This document shows positions 1-11,794 of a DNA stretch of 64,000 nucleotides, piece after piece. This DNA is from Candidatus Marinacidobacterium sp. (GTDB lineage: Bacteria > Acidobacteriota > Vicinamibacteria > Marinacidobacterales > Marinacidobacteraceae), in contig OZ242011.1 in assembly GCA_965204755.1 (NCBI GenBank), positions 384,001 through 448,000 of the forward strand, written 5' to 3'. Each line of letters opens with the position of its first letter. The first letter of the stretch is position 1. Made by a program: the position numbers and the translations under genes. Below the pieces are notes generated by a model. It ran no database searches, was not told where the DNA came from, and was given only the letters and a program-made list of their open reading frames with translations.

Positions 1-484
1 GGGGCTCCTTGGCGAAGCGGTAGAGCAGGTCGCCCTTGACGCCGCCGCCGAACTCGTAGTTCGGGGTCATCTCGATGCAGTCGGTCGGACAGGGGAAGAC
101 GCAGAGTTGGCAGTAGCAGCAGAGCGACATGTCGATGTCGAACTGCACCACGGTCTGCTTGATCGCCGTTCCGTCGGCGGCGAAGATCGGCGGCGACTCC
201 CGCGAACGCTTCTCGTTCTCGATGTGGATGCAGTCCACCGGACAGGCCCGCTCGCACTGCTTGCAGCCGATGCAGTCCTCGATCTTCACATGGAGCCGCA
301 TCCGGGTGCGGTCCATGAGTTCGTCCTTGGGTATGTCGAGCGGGGAGCGCCAGCGCTCGCCCGGCAGTTCGTCGGCGGTGTACTGCTGGGTCACCGCCGG
401 CCGGAACAGGTGGCGGAAGGTGATCACCATCCCGGCGGCGACGGTGCTCACCGTCTCCCAGATGTCGAGGAAATATCTCTTCAC
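1..484 (-). CDS. nuoI: NADH-quinone oxidoreductase subunit I (runs off the left edge of the window)
   Basis: Minus-strand frame from GTG at 484 ([12 protein letters not shown]...) carries two 4Fe-4S motifs, [12 protein letters not shown] and [12 protein letters not shown]. It directly follows nuoH. Confidence 0.9.
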   Translation of the reverse strand, partial: MKRYFLDIWETVSTVAAGMVITFRHLFRPAVTQQYTADELPGERWRSPLDIPKDELMDRTRMRLHVKIEDCIGCKQCERACPVDCIHIENEKRSRESPPIFAADGTAIKQTVVQFDIDMSLCCYCQLCVFPCPTDCIEMTPNYEFGGGVKGDLLYRFAKEP

Positions 485-498
485 GAACCGACTCCTCT

Positions 499-1659
499 TC
501 AGACGGCGCTGCGGAAGCCGGAGATGACGGCCACCGCCACGAGCAGGAAGAACGAAATGGGAATCACATACTTCCAGCAGACGGTCATCAACTGGTCCAC
601 GCGGAGCCGCGGCAGCGTCCAGCGAAGCCACATCTGCACGACGACCAGGCCGAACCCCTTGAGGAACAGGATCAGCGGGTTCGCCCCGAACGGCCCGACC
701 CACCCGCCGAGGAACAACAGCGCCGCCAGCATGGAGACCAGCAGCATGTTCCCGTATTCGGCCAGGAAGAAGAACGCGAACCGCATCCCGGTGTACTCGG
801 TGTGGAAACCGGCGACCAGTTCCGACTCCGCTTCCGGGATGTCGAACGGCGTCCGGTTCGTCTCGGCGAGCCCGCAGATGAAGAACAGGACGAAGGCGAT
901 CAGGTTCAGCGGGAACAGTCGGAAGATGAGCCAGTCCCCGACGCCGAGCAGCCCGCCCTGCTGGGCGGCCACGATCTCCGGCAGGCTCAGCGTGCCGACC
1001 TGCGCCACCACGACGAGCACCAGGATCGCCGTCGGGATCTCGTAACTCACCATCTGCGCCGCGGCGCGCATCCCGCCGTAGAGCGCGTACTTGTTGTTCG
1101 AGCCCCAGCCGGCCATGAGCACCGAGAGCGCCCCGAGCGAAGTGATGGCGATGAAGTAGAGGACGCCGATGTTCAGGTTGGAGACCGCGAGCACCGTCCC
1201 GTCCTCCCGGACTCCCCAGGGGACGATGGCGAACGCGGCGAACGCGCTCGCCACCGCGAGCGCCGGCGCGGTCCGGAACAGCACCCGGTCCGCGTCCTTC
1301 GGGACGATGTCCTCCTTGAAGAGCAACTTGATCCCGTCCGCGAAACTCTGGAGCAGACCGTGCCACCCGACGCGCATCGGCCCCAGGCGGTCCTGCACAT
1401 GGGCCGCCACCTTGCGTTCGAGCCAGATCGCGTAGATCGGGTTCAGCGCCAGGACGCCGATGAAGCCGGCGGTCCCGAGCGCCACCGTGATGAGTTTCTG
1501 GAGGCCGGGCGGCGCGAAGTCCCCGATGAGTTCGCCCACGGTCGTCGCGAGCAGCGGCAACGCGGCCATGAGCGCCAGCACGCCGACCGCCAGCGCGATC
1601 GGGATCGCCGAGAGCGGCCCCATGAGCCGCATCTCGATCTGGCGGAACCGGGTGATCAC
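499..1659 (-). CDS. nuoH: NADH-quinone oxidoreductase subunit H
   Basis: Motifs [50 protein letters not shown] and [11 protein letters not shown]. The GTG start overlaps the nuoD stop (GTGA). Confidence 0.95.
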   Translation of the reverse strand: MITRFRQIEMRLMGPLSAIPIALAVGVLALMAALPLLATTVGELIGDFAPPGLQKLITVALGTAGFIGVLALNPIYAIWLERKVAAHVQDRLGPMRVGWHGLLQSFADGIKLLFKEDIVPKDADRVLFRTAPALAVASAFAAFAIVPWGVREDGTVLAVSNLNIGVLYFIAITSLGALSVLMAGWGSNNKYALYGGMRAAAQMVSYEIPTAILVLVVVAQVGTLSLPEIVAAQQGGLLGVGDWLIFRLFPLNLIAFVLFFICGLAETNRTPFDIPEAESELVAGFHTEYTGMRFAFFFLAEYGNMLLVSMLAALLFLGGWVGPFGANPLILFLKGFGLVVVQMWLRWTLPRLRVDQLMTVCWKYVIPISFFLLVAVAVISGFRSAV

Positions 1660-2873
1660 CGGTCGATCTCCCCGAGCACGATGTCCAGACTGCCGATGAT
1701 GGCGATGACATCCGCGATCATCTCGCCGCGGGTGATTTCGTGGAACAGGCCCATGGCCACGAAGCAGGGCGACCGCCCCTTGACCCGGTAGGGAATCGGC
1801 TTCTTGGGTTCGGCGATCACATAGAAGCCGAGTTCGCCCCGGGGCGCTTCCGCCCGGAAGTACGCCTCGCCGCCGGCCGGGCGGATGAACTTGGGCACCT
1901 TCTCGTGGACATTCCCCTCGGCCGGCAACCGCTCCAATACCTGGCGCGCGATCTTCACGCTCTCGTACATCTCGCGGACCCGCACCCAGTAGCGGTCCCA
2001 GCAGGAGCCGATCGGGCCGTGCTCGCCGGAAGCGGCGATCACCTCGAAGTCGTAGTTCTCGTAACCGAGATAGGGATCGTCCCGGCGCAGGTCCCAGGAA
2101 ATCCCGGAACCGCGCAGGTTCGGCCCGGAGAGCGCGTAGTCGCGCGCCATCTCCGGCGTGATGACGCCGACATCGGCGGTTCGCCGGATGAAGATCTTGT
2201 TGCCGGTCAGCAGCCGGTCCACTTCGTCGAGCACCGGGACGAACTCGTCGAGGAACCGGCTGCAGCGGTCGGTCCAGCCCTCCGGCAGGTCGTGGGAGAC
2301 GCCCCCCACCCAGTTGTAGTTGTAGAGGAGCCGGGCGCCGCAGAGCCACTCGAACAGGTCGAGGATGCGCTCCCGCTGCTGGAAACAGAGCAGGAAGGGA
2401 GTGAAGGCGCCGATGTCCATCCCGTAGGTGCCCATCGCCAGCAGGTGGCTGGCGATCCGCTGCATCTCGCCGGTCAGCACGCGGATGGCGGCCACGCGCT
2501 CCCCCACTTCGATGCCGAGCAACTTCTCCACGGTCATGGCGTAGGTCATGCTGTTCGCCATCGAACCGACATAGTCCATGCGGTCGGTGAACGGGATGAC
2601 GCCCTGCCAATCGATGTTCTCCGCGTGCTTTTCGAAGTTGCGGTGGAGGTAGCCGATGTGGGGCCGGGCGTCGCGGATGATTTCGCCGTCGGTCTTGAGT
2701 TCCACCCGGAGGACGCCGTGCGTCGAAGGGTGCTGCGGCCCCATGTTGAGGATCATCTCGTCCTCTTCGAGATCCTCCGGGGAAAAGGCGTAAGAGTTGT
2801 CCGGCGGCAGGTCCTCGTCGTAGAGGGTGACGATCGGCGCGCCGTCGAATCCCCGGGTTCCGGTTTCGGCCAT
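1656..2873 (-). CDS. nuoD: NADH-quinone oxidoreductase subunit D
   Basis: Motifs [32 protein letters not shown] and C-terminal DIVLGEIDR. Confidence 0.97.
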   Translation of the reverse strand: MAETGTRGFDGAPIVTLYDEDLPPDNSYAFSPEDLEEDEMILNMGPQHPSTHGVLRVELKTDGEIIRDARPHIGYLHRNFEKHAENIDWQGVIPFTDRMDYVGSMANSMTYAMTVEKLLGIEVGERVAAIRVLTGEMQRIASHLLAMGTYGMDIGAFTPFLLCFQQRERILDLFEWLCGARLLYNYNWVGGVSHDLPEGWTDRCSRFLDEFVPVLDEVDRLLTGNKIFIRRTADVGVITPEMARDYALSGPNLRGSGISWDLRRDDPYLGYENYDFEVIAASGEHGPIGSCWDRYWVRVREMYESVKIARQVLERLPAEGNVHEKVPKFIRPAGGEAYFRAEAPRGELGFYVIAEPKKPIPYRVKGRSPCFVAMGLFHEITRGEMIADVIAIIGSLDIVLGEIDR

Positions 2874-2934
2874 GGTCAGTAGTGAACGGGGCCCGGTCGA
2901 AGGGTGCAGGCGAACGGCGTCCGGCGGGAATCGG

Positions 2935-3486
2935 TCAGTCGAAGGGGCCGACGCCGCTCATTTCGCCGCTCTCGGCGCGCTCGGTCATCTGCTGTCCGGG
3001 CCGGACCGGGATCTTGTGCCAGGTCTCGGGCCATTCCCAGTCCCGCAGCAGCGGATGCCCCGGCCAGTCGTTCGGCAGGAGGATGCGGCGGTGGTCGCTG
3101 TGCCCGTCGAAGCGGACGCCGAACAGGTCGAAGACCTCGCGTTCGTGCCAGTTCGCGGCCTTCCAGAACCCTTCCAGCGTGGGCAGGCGCCCGCCCTCCC
3201 GGGGGACGCGCGTCTTGAGCGCGATCCAGTGCTTCTTCGTCAGCGAGAACAGGTGGTAAACGACTTCGATCGCCGGCGGCTCGCCGCCCGGCCAATCCAC
3301 CCCGGAGACGCAGTGCAGCGTGTCGAAGTCGAGGTCGGGCTCGCCCTTGAGGAACGCCGCCGCCGCCGACAGGCGTTCCGCCGGGATCCGGATCCAGGGA
3401 TCCAAGGCCTCCGCGTCGGATTCGAAGGCGCCTTCTCCGAGTCCCAGCCCGGCGGCGAGCCGGTCGATGACTTCGGCGCCGGTCAA
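2935..3486 (-). CDS. nuoC: NADH-quinone oxidoreductase subunit C
   Basis: Motif [39 protein letters not shown]. The TTG start overlaps the nuoB stop. Confidence 0.93.
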   Translation of the reverse strand: MTGAEVIDRLAAGLGLGEGAFESDAEALDPWIRIPAERLSAAAAFLKGEPDLDFDTLHCVSGVDWPGGEPPAIEVVYHLFSLTKKHWIALKTRVPREGGRLPTLEGFWKAANWHEREVFDLFGVRFDGHSDHRRILLPNDWPGHPLLRDWEWPETWHKIPVRPGQQMTERAESGEMSGVGPFD

Positions 3487-4046
3487 CCGACCGCTCCTCC
3501 GGCGAGGGCCGGCGCCGCCGCGGCGGCGGGGGCGGTCCGGCCCGGACGCACCCGGCCCGGACGCGGATCCTCGAGCAGCGACTTCTCCCGGATGAGGTCC
3601 TGGAGGACCATGATCCCGTAGAGCAGCGCCTCCGGCCGAGGCGGGCAGCCCGGGACATACACATCCACCGGGATGATCTGGTCCACGCCCTTCACCACAT
3701 GGTATCCGTGCTGCCAGTAGGGCCCGCCGTTGTTGGCGCAACTCCCCATCGAGATCACATACTTGGGCTCCGGCATCTGGTCGAAGAGCCGCTTGATGCG
3801 GATCGCCATCTTGTGGGTGACGGTGCCGGCCACGATCATCAGGTCGGACTGGCGCGGGCTCGCGCGCGGGATCAACCCCAGGCGGTCCCAGTCGAAGCGG
3901 CTCGCCCCGGTGGCCATCATCTCGATGGCGCAGCAGGCGAGCCCGAAGGTCATCGGCCAGAGCGCGGAGAGCCGCGCCCAGTTGATGACGCTGCTGACCG
4001 TGGTCAGCGCGACCTGGTTGCGTCCGAGCGCGGGGATCAGGTCCAA
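3483..4046 (-). CDS. nuoB: NADH-quinone oxidoreductase subunit B
   Basis: Motifs [32 protein letters not shown] and [11 protein letters not shown]. Confidence 0.97.
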   Translation of the reverse strand: MDLIPALGRNQVALTTVSSVINWARLSALWPMTFGLACCAIEMMATGASRFDWDRLGLIPRASPRQSDLMIVAGTVTHKMAIRIKRLFDQMPEPKYVISMGSCANNGGPYWQHGYHVVKGVDQIIPVDVYVPGCPPRPEALLYGIMVLQDLIREKSLLEDPRPGRVRPGRTAPAAAAAPALAGGAVG

Positions 4047-4095
4047 AGCGCCGACTCCGCCCGCTTCCCGCTCTCGGCCGCTCGCCCGGTCGCGG

Positions 4096-4605
4096 TCAGC
4101 CGGCCGCTCCGGGAACCGGGGACTGCGCCGCCGGCGCCTCGGCCGTCGCGACAGGCGCGGCCGGCGCGACAGGCGCGGCCGGCGCGACAGCGGGCGCGGC
4201 CGGCGCGGCGGAGGCCCGCGTCTCCTTCAACCGGCGCCGCTCCTCGCCCCGGACCCACTCCAGGTCGCCCTTCACCCAGACATCGGCCAAGCCGAGCACC
4301 AGCATCCCCAGGAACAGCAGCCCGGCGACGAGAGCGCCGAGCCCCAGATCGAGGTAGGCCAGCGCCCAGGGGAGGAGCATGACCGCCTCCACATCGAAGA
4401 TCAGGAAGACCAGGGCGAACACATAGAAGCGGATGTTGAACCGGACGCCCCACGGGTTGCCCACCGGGTTCTCGCCGCATTCGTAGGGGCGCGACTTGGC
4501 GGCCAGCGGCAGCGACGGGCGGACCAGCGAGGAGACGAGCAGGGTCACGCTCACGAACAGGACGCCGGCCCCGATCGCGAACAGCGGCCCCAAGTACTCG
4601 CCCAT
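4096..4605 (-). CDS. nuoA: NADH-quinone oxidoreductase subunit A with Ala/Pro-rich C-terminal tail
   Basis: Motifs [23 protein letters not shown] and KGDLEW; three hydrophobic segments. Confidence 0.95.
   Translation of the reverse strand: MGEYLGPLFAIGAGVLFVSVTLLVSSLVRPSLPLAAKSRPYECGENPVGNPWGVRFNIRFYVFALVFLIFDVEAVMLLPWALAYLDLGLGALVAGLLFLGMLVLGLADVWVKGDLEWVRGEERRRLKETRASAAPAAPAVAPAAPVAPAAPVATAEAPAAQSPVPGAAG
4147..4208. repeat. 18-bp tandem repeat (cgcgacaggcgcggccgg, about 3 copies) in the nuoA 3' tail
   Basis: Read directly; encodes (PAAPVA)n. Confidence 0.8.
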
Positions 4606-4757
4606 GGTGAAAGTCTCGTTGCGCCCCGCCGGAGACGGCGTCGGAAACGCCCTCGGAGCGGGCAGAATTCTACCCGCCGAGCCGTCGGCGGGTAAAGACC
4701 CGGCCGCCCTTCCCGGGATCGGCCCGACGCCGAGCAGAGCACCCCCGAGACCCGGAA

Positions 4758-5504
4758 TTGGAACGCCCGCCGCACCGGTCGAAGGCCGACCCGGGCCTCT
4801 CCGTGGTGATTCCGACCCTGGACGCCGAGGCCACGGTCGCCGAAGCCATCGGTTCGGCCCCGGCCGGGGCCGAGGTGGTCGTCGTGGACGGCGGGAGCGC
4901 CGACGCCACGGTCGAGACCGCGGCCCGGGCGCTGGAGGCCTCCTCCCCCGGGCCCCCGCAGGTGCTGGTCACCGCCCCCGGACGGGCGGCGCAGTTGAAC
5001 CGGGGCGCGGCCGCCGCGCGCGGGCGGACCCTCCTGTTCCTCCACGCCGACTGCGTCCTGCCGCCGCGCGCCGGGGCGGAGATCCGCCGGATCCTGAAGG
5101 CGTCGGAAGTCGTCGGCGGCTGGTTCCCGCAGGCGCCCCCGGAGGACACGCCGCTCTTCCGGGTGGCGGCGGCCGGGGCGAACCGGAGGGCGGCGGCCCT
5201 CTCCCTGCCCTACGGCGACCAGGCGATGTTCGTCCGCCGGACCGCGTTCGAGCGCGTGGGCGGGTTCCCGACGGCGCCGATCATGGAGGACGCCGGGCTC
5301 GCCCGGAGGCTCCGCCCGCTCGGCCGCCTCCGTCCGGCTTCGTCCCGCGTGCGGATCGGCGGCGGGCACTGGCGGCGGCTGGGCGTGCCGCTCACCGCGG
5401 CGCTCGACCTGGCCACCCTGGCGGCCTGGCTCCTCGGCGCCCCCCCGGAGCGGATCGCCCCGATCTACGGTCGGCTGCACGGCGGCCGCCGGCGCCGGGG
5501 TTAG
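4758..5504 (+). CDS. Family 2 glycosyltransferase (TIGR04283-like)
   Basis: Motifs SVVIPTL, VVDGGSAD, GRAAQLNRGA, FLHAD, LPYGDQAMF and IMED. Confidence 0.85.
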   Translation: MERPPHRSKADPGLSVVIPTLDAEATVAEAIGSAPAGAEVVVVDGGSADATVETAARALEASSPGPPQVLVTAPGRAAQLNRGAAAARGRTLLFLHADCVLPPRAGAEIRRILKASEVVGGWFPQAPPEDTPLFRVAAAGANRRAAALSLPYGDQAMFVRRTAFERVGGFPTAPIMEDAGLARRLRPLGRLRPASSRVRIGGGHWRRLGVPLTAALDLATLAAWLLGAPPERIAPIYGRLHGGRRRRG

Positions 5505-5725
5505 CAGCCCGTGGAAAAAGCGCCCCGCCGTCCACTCCTCGACGCGAGGGCGCCGAGTCCCCGTTCGGTTTCGCGGCGGGGCGCTCTTCCCACGAGCCGG
5601 CGGCGCGAATCGCTGCGCGATTCCCCCCGCCATCTATCGCGGGGAGGGGGCCACCCCCTCCCCGCACCCCTCCCCGGTCGGCGCTTCGCGCCGACGAGGG
5701 CTTCCCGGACTTTCTCCACGGGCTG
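5505..5725. mobile_element. MITE-like element of about 220 bp with 16-bp terminal inverted repeats and internal hairpins
   Basis: cagcccgtggaaaaag (5505-5520) matches the reverse complement of ctttctccacgggctg (5710-5725) at 15/16 positions. Internal hairpins lie at 5639-5665 and 5678-5694. No transposase is encoded. Confidence 0.7.
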
Positions 5726-5761
5726 TCAGGCCGCCGGCGGCGGCCGCGTCCCCGCGGGGGG

Positions 5762-8041
5762 TCAGCCCTGAAGGGGCAGGAGGGGCCTGGGCCCGCCGAC
5801 CTGCTGGGACTCGACGACGGCGATCGCGGCCACATTCACGATCTCCTCCACTTCGGCGCCGCGCTGCAGGACATGCACCGGCCGGCGGAGCCCGGTGACG
5901 ATCGGCCCGATGGCCTGCGCGCCGCCCAGCCGCTGCAACAACTTGTAGGCCACATTGCCGGCTTCGAGGCTGGGGAAGACCAGCACATTCGCCGAGCCGC
6001 CGAGCCGGGAGAACGGGAAGTTCCGGGTGAGCAGGTCGCCCACCACCGCGGTGTCCGCCTGCATCTCCCCGTCCACCACCAGCGACGGCGCCCGCTCGCG
6101 GACGATTTCCACCGCCCGCCGGACCTTCCGGGAGCGCTCGTGGGGGGCGCTCCCGAAGTTGGAGAAGGAGAGCATCGCCACCCGGGGCTCCACATCGAAC
6201 CGCCGGGCCACCCCCGCCGCCTGGATCGCGATGTCCGCGAGATCCTCCGGCCCGGGATCGATGTTCACGGTGGCGTCGGCGAAGAACTTGATGTCCGAGT
6301 CGAACACCATCAGGTACACGCCGGCCACCCGGCGGACGCCGCCCCGCATCCGGACGATCTGGAGCGCCGGGCGGATCGTGTCCGGGTAGTTGCGGGTGAG
6401 GCCCGACACCATGGTGTCGGCGTCGCCGATATTCACCATCATCGCCCCGAACACATTGGGGTCCTTGAGCAGTTCGCGCGCTTTCCCCGGCCCCACGCCC
6501 CGCCGCTGGCGCAGTTCGGAGAGCGCCCGGGCATAGGACTCGGCGCGGTCGGACTCCGCCGGATCCACCACTACCGCCCCGGAGATCTCCACCCCCAGCG
6601 ACTCGCACTGTTCCCGGATGACTTCCGGACGGCCGAGCAGCACCGGGGAGGCGATCTTCTCGTCGAGCAGGCGCTGCGAAGCGCGCAGGATCCGCGGCTC
6701 CTCCCCCTCCGGGAAGACCACGGAGCGCGAGGCCTGCCGGGCGCGCCCGATCACCTGCCGCATGACCCCCCGGCCGAGGCCGAGCCGGGCTTCGAGCCGG
6801 TCGCGGTAGGTGTCGAGGTCGAGCGCGAGCCGGGCGACGCCGCTCTCCATCGCGGCGCGGGCGACCGCCGGCGCTTCCCACAGGAGGACCCGGGAGTCGA
6901 ACGGGGACGGGATCAGGTACTCCGGGCCGAACCGCATCCGCTCCCGCCCGTGCGCCCGCATCACCGAGTCCGGCACATCCTCCTCGGCGAGCGCCGCCAG
7001 CGCCCGGGCCGCCGCGAGTTTCATCCCCATGTCGATCGTGCGGGCGCGCACATCGAGCGCTCCCCGGAAGATGAAGGGGAAGCCCAGGACATTGTTGACC
7101 TGGTTCGGGTAGTCGGAACGCCCGGTCGCCATGAACACATCGCCGCGGGCGTCCATGGCGTCCTCCCAGGAGATCTCCGGGTCCGGGTTCGCCATCGCCA
7201 GCACCAGCGGCCGGTCGTTCATGGAGCGCACCATGTCCTTCGACACGGCGTCCTTGACCGAGAGGCCCATGAAGACATCGGCGCCGCGCAGGGCGTCCCC
7301 GAGGGTCCGCATCGGCGTGTCCAGCGCGTAGCGCTCCTTGAACTCGTTCATCCCCCGGTCCCGGCCGGCGTGGATGACGCCTCGGGAGTCGCACATCACG
7401 ATGTGCTCGCGCCGGACGCCCAGACTCTCCGCCAACTCGGCGCAGGCGATGCCGGCGGCCCCGGCGCCGTTGATGACCAGCCGCGTTTCCGCCGGGTCCT
7501 TGTCCGTCAACTGCAGCCAGTTCAGGACGGCCGCCCCGGAGATGATCGCGGTGCCGTGCTGGTCGTCGTGGAAGACCGGGATCTCCATCTCTTCCCGCAG
7601 TTTCGACTCGATGTGGAAGCAGTCCGGCGCCTTGATGTCCTCGAGGTTGATCCCGCCGAAGGTCGGCTCCAGCGCCTTCACCACCCGCACCACTTCTTCG
7701 GGGTCGGTGACGCCCAACTCGATGTCGAACACATCGATGTCGGCGAACCGCTTGAACAGCACGCCCTTCCCTTCCATGACCGGCTTGGCGGCCAGCGGGC
7801 CGATGTTCCCGAGCCCGAGGACGGCGGTCCCGTTCGAGACGACCGCCACCAGGTTGCCCTTGGCGGTGTAGTCGAACACCGCGTCGGCGCGCTCTTCGAT
7901 CTCCCGGCAGGGCTCGGCGACGCCGGGGCTGTACGCGAGCGACAGGTCGCGCTGCGTCTGGGTGGGCTTGGTGGGCCGGACCTCGAGTTTCCCGGGCCGG
8001 CCGGTCTTGTGGTAGTCCAGCGCGTCCTGTCGTCGTATCAA
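5762..8041 (-). CDS. maeB: NADP-dependent malic enzyme with C-terminal phosphotransacetylase-like domain
   Basis: Motifs [30 protein letters not shown] and [12 protein letters not shown]; PTA domain motif DGEMQAD...GNVAYKLLQ. Probable TTG start at 8041. Confidence 0.95.
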   Translation of the reverse strand: MIRRQDALDYHKTGRPGKLEVRPTKPTQTQRDLSLAYSPGVAEPCREIEERADAVFDYTAKGNLVAVVSNGTAVLGLGNIGPLAAKPVMEGKGVLFKRFADIDVFDIELGVTDPEEVVRVVKALEPTFGGINLEDIKAPDCFHIESKLREEMEIPVFHDDQHGTAIISGAAVLNWLQLTDKDPAETRLVINGAGAAGIACAELAESLGVRREHIVMCDSRGVIHAGRDRGMNEFKERYALDTPMRTLGDALRGADVFMGLSVKDAVSKDMVRSMNDRPLVLAMANPDPEISWEDAMDARGDVFMATGRSDYPNQVNNVLGFPFIFRGALDVRARTIDMGMKLAAARALAALAEEDVPDSVMRAHGRERMRFGPEYLIPSPFDSRVLLWEAPAVARAAMESGVARLALDLDTYRDRLEARLGLGRGVMRQVIGRARQASRSVVFPEGEEPRILRASQRLLDEKIASPVLLGRPEVIREQCESLGVEISGAVVVDPAESDRAESYARALSELRQRRGVGPGKARELLKDPNVFGAMMVNIGDADTMVSGLTRNYPDTIRPALQIVRMRGGVRRVAGVYLMVFDSDIKFFADATVNIDPGPEDLADIAIQAAGVARRFDVEPRVAMLSFSNFGSAPHERSRKVRRAVEIVRERAPSLVVDGEMQADTAVVGDLLTRNFPFSRLGGSANVLVFPSLEAGNVAYKLLQRLGGAQAIGPIVTGLRRPVHVLQRGAEVEEIVNVAAIAVVESQQVGGPRPLLPLQG

Positions 8042-8169
8042 GTGGGCGCCCCTCCGTAACAAAGGCTCACCGGCGGCCCCGGCATCCGGGACCGCCGCGC
8101 CGCCGCCGGGCGGCGAAACGGCGCGGAGTCTAGAACGGTCGCCGCCGCCCGCCGCCGCGCCGGCGGTTC

Positions 8170-10311
8170 TCAGTCCGGCGGCGGGGTCGTCGGTTCCCGG
8201 CCCCCGGCGCCGGCGTCGTGGGCGCGGAACCAGGCCAGGATGCGCTCGGAGACATCCATCAGGAACTTGGGTTCGCGCGGGCCGTGGGGGGTGCGCGGAT
8301 AGACGACCATCTCGGTGGGAACGCCCCGGCGGTCGAGCGCCCGGTAGAACTCCTGCCCCTGGGTGAAGGGCACGCGCAGGTCCTCCGCGCCGTGGATCAC
8401 CTGCGTCGGGGTGCTCACTTCCGCGATCCGGTAGATGGCCGAGTGGCCCTCGTACATCTCGTAGTCCTCCCAGTAGTCCCCGCCCATGTGCGCCGCCAGG
8501 TAGTCCTGGATGTCCGTGGTGGTGACCATGCTGATGAGGTTGGGAAGCCCGGCGCCCATGCTGGCGGCGCGGAACCGGTCGGTGCGGGTCACCGCGAAGG
8601 AGGTGATGTAGCCGCCGTAACTCCAGCCCATCAGGAACAGGCGGTCCGGATCGGCGACCCCCTCCTCGACCAGCAGGTCCACCCCGGCCAGCAGGTCGTC
8701 GAGGTCGGAGAACCCCCACTCCATGACATTCGCGTAGCGGAACTCCTTGCCGTAGCCGGTCGAGCCCCGGGGGTTCGGGCGCAGCACGGCGAACCCCTCC
8801 CGGGCGAAGTACTGCAGCATGTAGATCGAAGGACCGCCGGTGAAGGTCTCCGAGTACACCCCGGCGGGGCCGCCGTGGACATTCAGGATCAGCGGCGCCG
8901 GAGTCCCCGGCCGGTGGTCCGCGGGAAGCGTCAGCAGCCCCTCGATCTCCATGCCGTCGGGGGCGCTCCAGGTCCGGAGGGAGGTCGGCCCCATCGCCGG
9001 CCGGGGGACGCCGGAGTGGAGGTTGGTCAGCCGCCGCATCTCGAAGGACGGGGCCGGCCCCCCGCCGGGCGCCAGGTCGGCGGCGAAGACCTCCCAGGGC
9101 GTGTCCGGCGTCTCGTGGACGAACGCCAGCACATCGGCTTCCCGCGCGACCGCAGCGGAGCGGAAGACCCCGCCGCCCGGAGTGAGGGCGACCGGCGCGC
9201 CCCCGTCCGCCGGCAGCGCGAACACCCGCCGCGAAGTGCGGTGCGCTTCGGCGACATACACGAACGACCCGTCCCGGGCCCACCCGAGGATCCCCGGGCT
9301 GCGGTCGGGCGTCTCCGCCAGGCGGGTCCGTTCGCCGCCCATCACCGGCATCCGGTACACATCGCCGAGCCCCACCGGCTCGACCCGGTCCCCGGTCGAG
9401 CGGAAGGCCACGGTGGCGCCGTCGGGCGAGACCACCGGGGAACTCTCCACGCCCCCGCCGCCGTGGAGCAGCCGGACCGCGCCGTCCGCGAGGTGGACCA
9501 CCGAAAGGTCGCCGGCCCGCCGGTTGGTGTTGATCCGGGGATCGGGCTGGTGGGCGAAGACGATCCGGTCGCTGCTCGACCAGTCGAACCCGGTCACCGA
9601 GAAGTCGCCCTGGGTCAGCCGCCGGTCCTCGCCCTCGGGATCCGGGGTGTCCGTTACGAGGGCGGCATACAGGTGGACATATCGGAAGTTCCGGTCCACG
9701 AGTTCCACATCCCGCTTCTCCTTCTTCCGCTTCTTCTCTTCCTCGGTTTCCGGGTCGGTCATCGTGTAGGCGACGCTCCGGCCGTCCGGCGAGAACCGGA
9801 ACGAGCGGACGCCGGCCTCGGCGCGGGTCAGCGGGCGGGCCTCGCCGCCGGCCAGCGGGAGCAGCCAGACCTGCTGCTCGCCGTCCCCCCGCGAGGAGAG
9901 GAAGCCGAGGTAGGCGCCGTCGGGAGAGAACGCCGGCGCCGAAGCGGACTCGGTGTCCCGGGTGTAGGTGACGGTCTCGCCCCCGGCGGTGGGGACGACC
10001 CGGATGCGGCTCCGGTACTCGGACTGCTCGCCCTCCATGAGCGGCTCGGTCACCACGAACGCGGCGAGCGAACCGTCGGGGGAAACGGCGGTCCCGGAGA
10101 CCCGGTGGTAGCGCATGGAAAGCGCCGGGGTCCAGCGGTCGGGCTCCTCCGCTTCCGGGCTGCCGGCCGCGGGCGCGCCCGCGCCGAGGACGGCAGGGAC
10201 GGCAAGGACGGCAGGGACGGCAAGGACGGCAGGGACGGCGAACGCGCCGAGCCGGCGGTTCCTGCCCGCGCGCGGCGCGGGGGTCCGGGTTCCCCTCGAG
10301 GTGTCGCTCAT
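8170..10311 (-). CDS. Secreted S9 family peptidase (acylaminoacyl-/dipeptidyl-peptidase-like)
   Basis: Signal peptide, PD40-like repeats (SPDG), VHGGP, nucleophile motif [15 protein letters not shown]. Confidence 0.92.
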   Translation of the reverse strand: MSDTSRGTRTPAPRAGRNRRLGAFAVPAVLAVPAVLAVPAVLGAGAPAAGSPEAEEPDRWTPALSMRYHRVSGTAVSPDGSLAAFVVTEPLMEGEQSEYRSRIRVVPTAGGETVTYTRDTESASAPAFSPDGAYLGFLSSRGDGEQQVWLLPLAGGEARPLTRAEAGVRSFRFSPDGRSVAYTMTDPETEEEKKRKKEKRDVELVDRNFRYVHLYAALVTDTPDPEGEDRRLTQGDFSVTGFDWSSSDRIVFAHQPDPRINTNRRAGDLSVVHLADGAVRLLHGGGGVESSPVVSPDGATVAFRSTGDRVEPVGLGDVYRMPVMGGERTRLAETPDRSPGILGWARDGSFVYVAEAHRTSRRVFALPADGGAPVALTPGGGVFRSAAVAREADVLAFVHETPDTPWEVFAADLAPGGGPAPSFEMRRLTNLHSGVPRPAMGPTSLRTWSAPDGMEIEGLLTLPADHRPGTPAPLILNVHGGPAGVYSETFTGGPSIYMLQYFAREGFAVLRPNPRGSTGYGKEFRYANVMEWGFSDLDDLLAGVDLLVEEGVADPDRLFLMGWSYGGYITSFAVTRTDRFRAASMGAGLPNLISMVTTTDIQDYLAAHMGGDYWEDYEMYEGHSAIYRIAEVSTPTQVIHGAEDLRVPFTQGQEFYRALDRRGVPTEMVVYPRTPHGPREPKFLMDVSERILAWFRAHDAGAGGREPTTPPPD
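10187..10240. repeat. 9-bp tandem repeat x6 (rggacggca) in the signal peptide of the S9 peptidase
   Basis: Read directly; encodes (AVPAVL)3. Confidence 0.85.
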
Positions 10312-10509
10312 GGTGCTCTCCCTCCTCCTTCTTCGTCGTGTTCGAGGCGGGCGATGGTCGGACGCGCCCCGGGATTCCGCCGCACCCGGCGGGCGGGCGC
10401 CCGCGCGGGGGTCGGCGGCCGCCGCATCCTACCGGAGCGCGCCCCGGCCTTCCCGACGGGCGGCGACGCCGCGGGAACCGCGGGGCGCTCCATCTCGTAG
10501 GCTTCCCGC

Positions 10510-11739
10510 GTGGACCTCGCAGCGCCGGAACTCACGGCGCCGGAAGCGGCCCGGCCCCCGGCGCGAAGCGGCAAGCCCGCCGCCCGGACCGGGCTCGACC
10601 GGCTGCCGGAAACCGGCGAACTGCTGAGCGGGCTGCGGGTCGGCCTCATCGCCAACCCGTCGTCGGTGGACGCCTCGTTCCGGCACGCCCGGGAAGTGGT
10701 CGCCGGACTCCCCGGCGCGCGGCTCGCGGCGCTGTTCGCCCCGGAGCACGGTTTCGACGCGGTGGAGCAGGACCTGGTCGAGATCGAGGACGCCGGGGCC
10801 GCGCTGCCGATCCGCAGCCTCTACGGCCCGACCCGGAAACCCACCGCGGCGATGCTGGAGGGGCTCGACGCCCTGGTCTTCGACATCCAGGACATCGGGT
10901 CGCGCTACTACACCTACATCTGGACGATGGCCCACGCGCTCGAAGCCTGCGCCGAACACGGCCGGCGCCTCGTCGTGCTCGACCGCCCCAATCCCATCGG
11001 CGGCGCCGTGGAAGGCAACTCGATCGAGGACGACCACCGCTCCTTCGTCGGGCTCTACCCCCTGCCCAACCGCCACGGCCTGACCGCCGGGGAGATCGCC
11101 GGCCACCTGAACCGGGAACACGGGATCGGCGCGGACCTGGTGGTGGTCGGCGTGAGCGGCTGGCGCCGGAGCGAGTGGCTGGACGACGCCGGACTGCCGT
11201 TCGTCCCCCCCTCCCCGAACATGCCCACCCTGGACACCGCGGCGGTCTATCCCGGCGCATGCCTGCTCGAAGGGACGATCCTCTCGGAGGGCCGGGGAAC
11301 GACCCGTCCGTTCGAGACCTGCGGCGCCCCCTGGGTCTCCGGGGAGCGGCTCGCGGCGGCGCTCGCCGAAGAGGGGCTGCCCGGCGTGGCCTTCCGCCCG
11401 GCGCGGTTCCGTCCGACCTTCCAGAAGTTCGCCGGCGTCGAGTGCGGCGGCGTGATGCAGCACCTCACCGACCGCGCCGAGTACCGCCCCTGGCGCGCGG
11501 GGATCGCGCTCCTCTCCGCCTTCCGCCGGCTGTGGCCGGCCGAGTTCGCCTGGCGGCAGCCGCCCTACGAGTACGAGACGGAGCGGCTCCCCATCGACAT
11601 CCTGGCCGGGAGCCCGCGGCTGCGGGAGGGGATCGAAGCCGGTGTTCCCGCCGCGGAACTCGCCGACGCCCTCGAGGCCGAACGCGCGGCCAACCACCGG
11701 GACGAAGCCGCCCGCCGCCGCGCCCGCCTCTACGACTGA
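10510..11739 (+). CDS. namZ: Exo-beta-N-acetylmuramidase NamZ family (DUF1343)
   Basis: Motifs [39 protein letters not shown] and [17 protein letters not shown] lies 6 nt before the GTG start. Confidence 0.9.
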   Translation: MDLAAPELTAPEAARPPARSGKPAARTGLDRLPETGELLSGLRVGLIANPSSVDASFRHAREVVAGLPGARLAALFAPEHGFDAVEQDLVEIEDAGAALPIRSLYGPTRKPTAAMLEGLDALVFDIQDIGSRYYTYIWTMAHALEACAEHGRRLVVLDRPNPIGGAVEGNSIEDDHRSFVGLYPLPNRHGLTAGEIAGHLNREHGIGADLVVVGVSGWRRSEWLDDAGLPFVPPSPNMPTLDTAAVYPGACLLEGTILSEGRGTTRPFETCGAPWVSGERLAAALAEEGLPGVAFRPARFRPTFQKFAGVECGGVMQHLTDRAEYRPWRAGIALLSAFRRLWPAEFAWRQPPYEYETERLPIDILAGSPRLREGIEAGVPAAELADALEAERAANHRDEAARRRARLYD

Positions 11740-11794
11740 GCCGGGACCGGCCGGCGACCCCTTCCCCCGGCGCGGGGACGCCCCGAACCCGGCG

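Noticed and set aside
4758-5504. Arsenosugar or rSAM-selenodomain pathway
   Set aside because: Only the GT2 gene is present, with none of the partner genes nearby.
5762-9283. Apparent 1173-aa malic enzyme with a long N-terminal extension; likewise extended nuoH, bshA and NCS2 ORFs
   Set aside because: The extensions overlap upstream genes in another frame. Family homology begins at the downstream starts I assigned.
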